Shown here: positions 60,507-64,000 of the stretch, one piece after another | Layout of the letters: every line of letters starts with the position of its first letter | How positions within the stretch are numbered: position 1 is the stretch's first letter | Origin: Callorhinchus milii | Lineage: Eukaryota | Direction: 5' to 3' | Assembly (NCBI RefSeq): GCF_018977255.1 | Contig: NW_024704743.1 | Span: 100,130,001-100,194,000 of the forward strand | DNA length: 64,000 nucleotides | Program-made: the position numbers and the translations under genes | Notes under the pieces: model-generated | Database searches by the model: none | The model's input: only the letters and a program-made list of their open reading frames with translations | What the model was told of the DNA's origin: nothing

Positions 60507-61810
60507 TCAACAACAACAAAATGACATTTGTATAGCACTTTTCACATCGGGAGGACGTCCCAAGGGGCTGGACAGACAGAGTTTGGGACCCGAGCTGGGG
60601 TCTTGAGACCATCCTAGTCAATCCATAGTCATAGTCATAGTCATAGTCAAGCCTCGATGTAATGTATAAGGGTTTCGACGGCCTGTGGTGTGAGACAGTG
60701 GTGGAGCCGGGCGATGTTGCGGAGGTGGGGGAAGACATGGTGATGATGTTGGGTAGAAAGGACAGTTGAAGGTCAAACAAGACCTCAACGTTCCGGACTG
60801 GCTTAGCAAGGTAGAGTGTGCAACCACGGATGGTGGTGCTGTCAGCACCTGAGGTGAGGAGGCGCTGATGGGAGCCAATCAGGAGAGCCTCGGTCTTGTT
60901 GATGTTCAACTGAAGAAAATTAGCTCTCATCCAGGACTTGATGTCTGACAGACATTTTGTCAGGACAGCAGTGGTCCTGGAGACAAGGGTGAGGCAGAGA
61001 GGTACAGGTGGGTGTCATCTGCATACACGTGGCAGTTGATCCCATATCTGCGGATGATGTCACCAAGAGGGAGCATATAGATATTGAAGAGGAGGGAACC
61101 AAGGACAGAGCCCCAAGGAACGCTGCACAAGACGGTGCGGGGGNCTAGAGGAGAAGCTGTTCATGGAGATGAAGTGGAGGCGGTGTGAGAGGTACAATCT
61201 GAACCAGTCAAGGACAGAGCCGTGAAGGTTGAGATGAGAGGAGAGGCGGTGGATGAGGATAGAGTGGTCGACGGTGTTGAAGGCAGCAGAGAGGTCAAGG
61301 AGGACGGGGAGGCAGAGGGAGCCCTGGTCGCAGATGGACAGAATGTCATTTGTCATTTTGACCAGGGCTGTTTCTGTGCTGTGGACGGCACAGAAACCCG
61401 ATTGGAGGGGTTCGAGAAGGGAGTGGCGGGAGAGGAAGGACCGAAGCTGAGAAGCAACAACTCATTCCAGGACAAGGAGAGGAAAGGGAGGTTGGAGATG
61501 GGGCAGTAGTTTTGGAGTAGAGAAGGGTCTAGGGAGGATTTTTTAAGGATAAGAATGATGACAGTGGTTTTTAATGGGGTGGGAACAGTACCAGAGGACA
61601 GGGAGATGTTTAGTTTAGTCAGTTTCACCTGCGTTATGGTGGAGATGAGAGAGGAGGGGGAGACAGTTTCGAAAGTGTGGAGGGAGGGATGGGTAGGGGC
61701 CAGGGTGGGAGGGGGAGATGGGGAGGGGGTGGCAGATGGAAGGGGAGAGGCAGCTGATTCCCTTGATTTTGGATTCGAGGAAATCCAGCATCGCCTCGTA
61801 GTTGGCATTT
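60507..61810 (-). mobile_element. L2-clade LINE fragment (RT, degenerate)
   Basis: PISNLPFL, LLDLSAAFNTVDH, YADD-type motif, NFLQLNINKTE; L2 tail. Confidence 0.92.
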
Positions 61811-64000
61811 GAGGTGAGGATGAACGAGGCGTGATCAACATTTTAAAAACCATTTTTGTTTTGATTTATGGAAAGAAGTGCTAAATAAAGGACAATGTGA
61901 GTGAAATTTACAATATTTTATAAAAGATTTGATGTGATAATTTTCCCAACTGTATAAATGTATATAAAACATAAAAATTTAAAAATGGAAACCTTTTGAG
62001 GTAAATGATGGTAAGCCATGCAAAAATCGAATATCTCTAAAATCAAATTAATCTACAGACTTAACCCACTGTGGACGGACTGTTGGGAGAGTTCTCATTG
62101 GTGTGATTTTCCATAGGCCACAGTGTGAGGATGCTAATAATGATAATAATAATAATAATGCGTGCATTTGACATAGTGCCTTATCACGTCTTCAAGACGT
62201 CTCTGTGACATCCTCCTCAACATGGTCTGTAAGTGACTCTGCGGTGGTCTAGGTTGTATTTATAGTCTGTGCATCGGTGCTAGCAGTCATTTGCCTCAAA
62301 AGGTTTCCATTTCTATACTTGTATTGATATATTTTTTTCACCAGCTCCTGTAACAAAGCTCGGGCATATTCAGAAACCGATGAAAGCCACTAACTGCACC
62401 AGCAACAGACATTTAAAGATACAACGACACAACAGATTTCAACTACTAATTTACTTGGGAGTTTTAGATCTCCGGAAAGACAGCAGAAGACAAAAGAAAA
62501 GGAATGTTGACTTTAGCCTCTGATAGTCTTACACAGAAGAATTGACCTTTGACATTCTCCTGTCAGAATGCTGTTCTTTGGATGAAAGGTCCTTATCAAA
62601 GGCAAGAATTTTTATTGTATTAAACCTAAATTCAGAAATGAGTAGAGCTGACTGCTAAACACAGAAGTGAAGGAGTTGGGCAAGTTTTACATTTAGTCAG
62701 GCTGACAAGGTTGTCAGCTTGGCTCAGCTTGTAGTACTCTGAGCTGAAAAGTTGTGTGTTTAAGGAACGCATATGGCCATTGCACTGTGTTGTAAGAGGT
62801 GAGCACCTTATTGTCAGAATGCTGTTCTTTATTATGAGAATTAAAAGCAAGGTCCCATCTTCAGTCAAGGAAGAAGAATAACAACAATTTGCATTTATAT
62901 TGCGAGACTCTCACGGAGTAGAGCCTCAGAGTGCTTAAAGAACATTCATCAAAAAGACAAGGGAGTTTCCCCCGCTGTCCCAGCCAACCATCTCCAGATT
63001 AATTAATCATTCACCTCATCGGACTTTGCTGGTTGCAAAATGACTGCCACATTACCCTATATAAAACCAATGACTAATATGTGATATTAATTACAATTAA
63101 GTGGTATGAGACTAAAGGTATTATAAAAACAAAAGTTAATTCACAAAGGCTGTACCTCAACTGGACCTATGTGTTCTTTTACTTATTATAATAGGTACTT
63201 AATGCTAAACCCTCAAATTTTAAAATTAAGTAAATAGTGGGCTTATCATTTATCACAGTGCAATGGCCATGGAAAGACACCATAGTTGTACACAACAGCA
63301 ACGACAATTGACAGTTCTGTAGTGCATTTTATGTCAGGAGGACATCTCAAAGCACCCAATTACAGTGGAATATGGAGGTCATGGGGGAAGATGACTGAGA
63401 GAGCAGTCAAAAAGATGGATCTTAAGATTGATAGATCTGACTCAGAGTACTACAAGCTTGACTAAAAAGATAGATCTACCACAGTCAGTAGACTAAGGAT
63501 TCAAATGCTATAGTTTTTTTAATTCTGAGGTATCTTTGCAAACCTTTTTCAGATGTTGAATTTAAGTATAATACGTCAGCAGATTTGGGAAAGGAGGGAA
63601 AACCACTGGGGTTGGCGGGGGGGGGGGGGAGGGGGGTGGAATAACACAACATAACAGGATGTAATAGTGGTCCAGTAAAATTAAAGAGAGAAAAAACAGC
63701 TAATGGTGACATTAACAAAGTGGAAGACCAGACTACAAACCAGAGGAAGGAACATCAATATCACGTAGGAGGAGACTTTCACTGCTCCTGTCACAACAAA
63801 ACAATTGGCCTAGAATTTAACTAGTGAAGTGATCGTGCGTGCAGCATATATATGTTGATGGATTAGGTGTGACGTGAACTATTTAACTCCGAATTTTATA
63901 GTTCATGTAAACAAATAAAACGGTGTTGGGAGAGGGAAGGTTATCAATATATGATGCCTTTTAATAATCCTTACATTTGAAATATCTCTTCTTAGAAATG

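Noticed and set aside
48100-64000. Neighbouring gene expected from human synteny (MYL12A/B)
   Set aside because: No myosin light chain coding exon was recognised; the region is mostly repeats.

Overview
Eukaryotic (vertebrate) genomic DNA, not prokaryotic. The repeat content (L2 and CR1 LINEs, Deu-domain SINEs, a tRNA-derived SINE with an L2-type tail) suggests a cartilaginous fish, possibly a chimaera; this is inference. The window holds the 5' two-thirds of a myomesin-1 (MYOM1) gene on the minus strand. I traced 24 coding exons by hand with consistent splice phases, from the start codon (45853 or 45844) through the My1 head, Ig My2-My3, Fn3 My4-My8, Ig My9 and part of My10 (exon ends at 449). 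The gene continues beyond the left edge. A candidate non-coding first exon and a muscle promoter (CArG, MEF2-like, MCAT) lie at about 47.7-47.9 kb. Highlights: an EH-type exon between My6 and My7 built from a 10-aa tandem repeat with two in-frame donor sites, a GC-AG intron, a short My1 head without KQSTAS repeats, shuffled duplicated modules around one exon, a perfect 30-bp palindrome and a fold-back repeat family. No other protein-coding gene was recognised in 48-64 kb. Repeat boundaries are approximate and were set by eye. Comparisons to human MYOM1 are from memory, not from an alignment.
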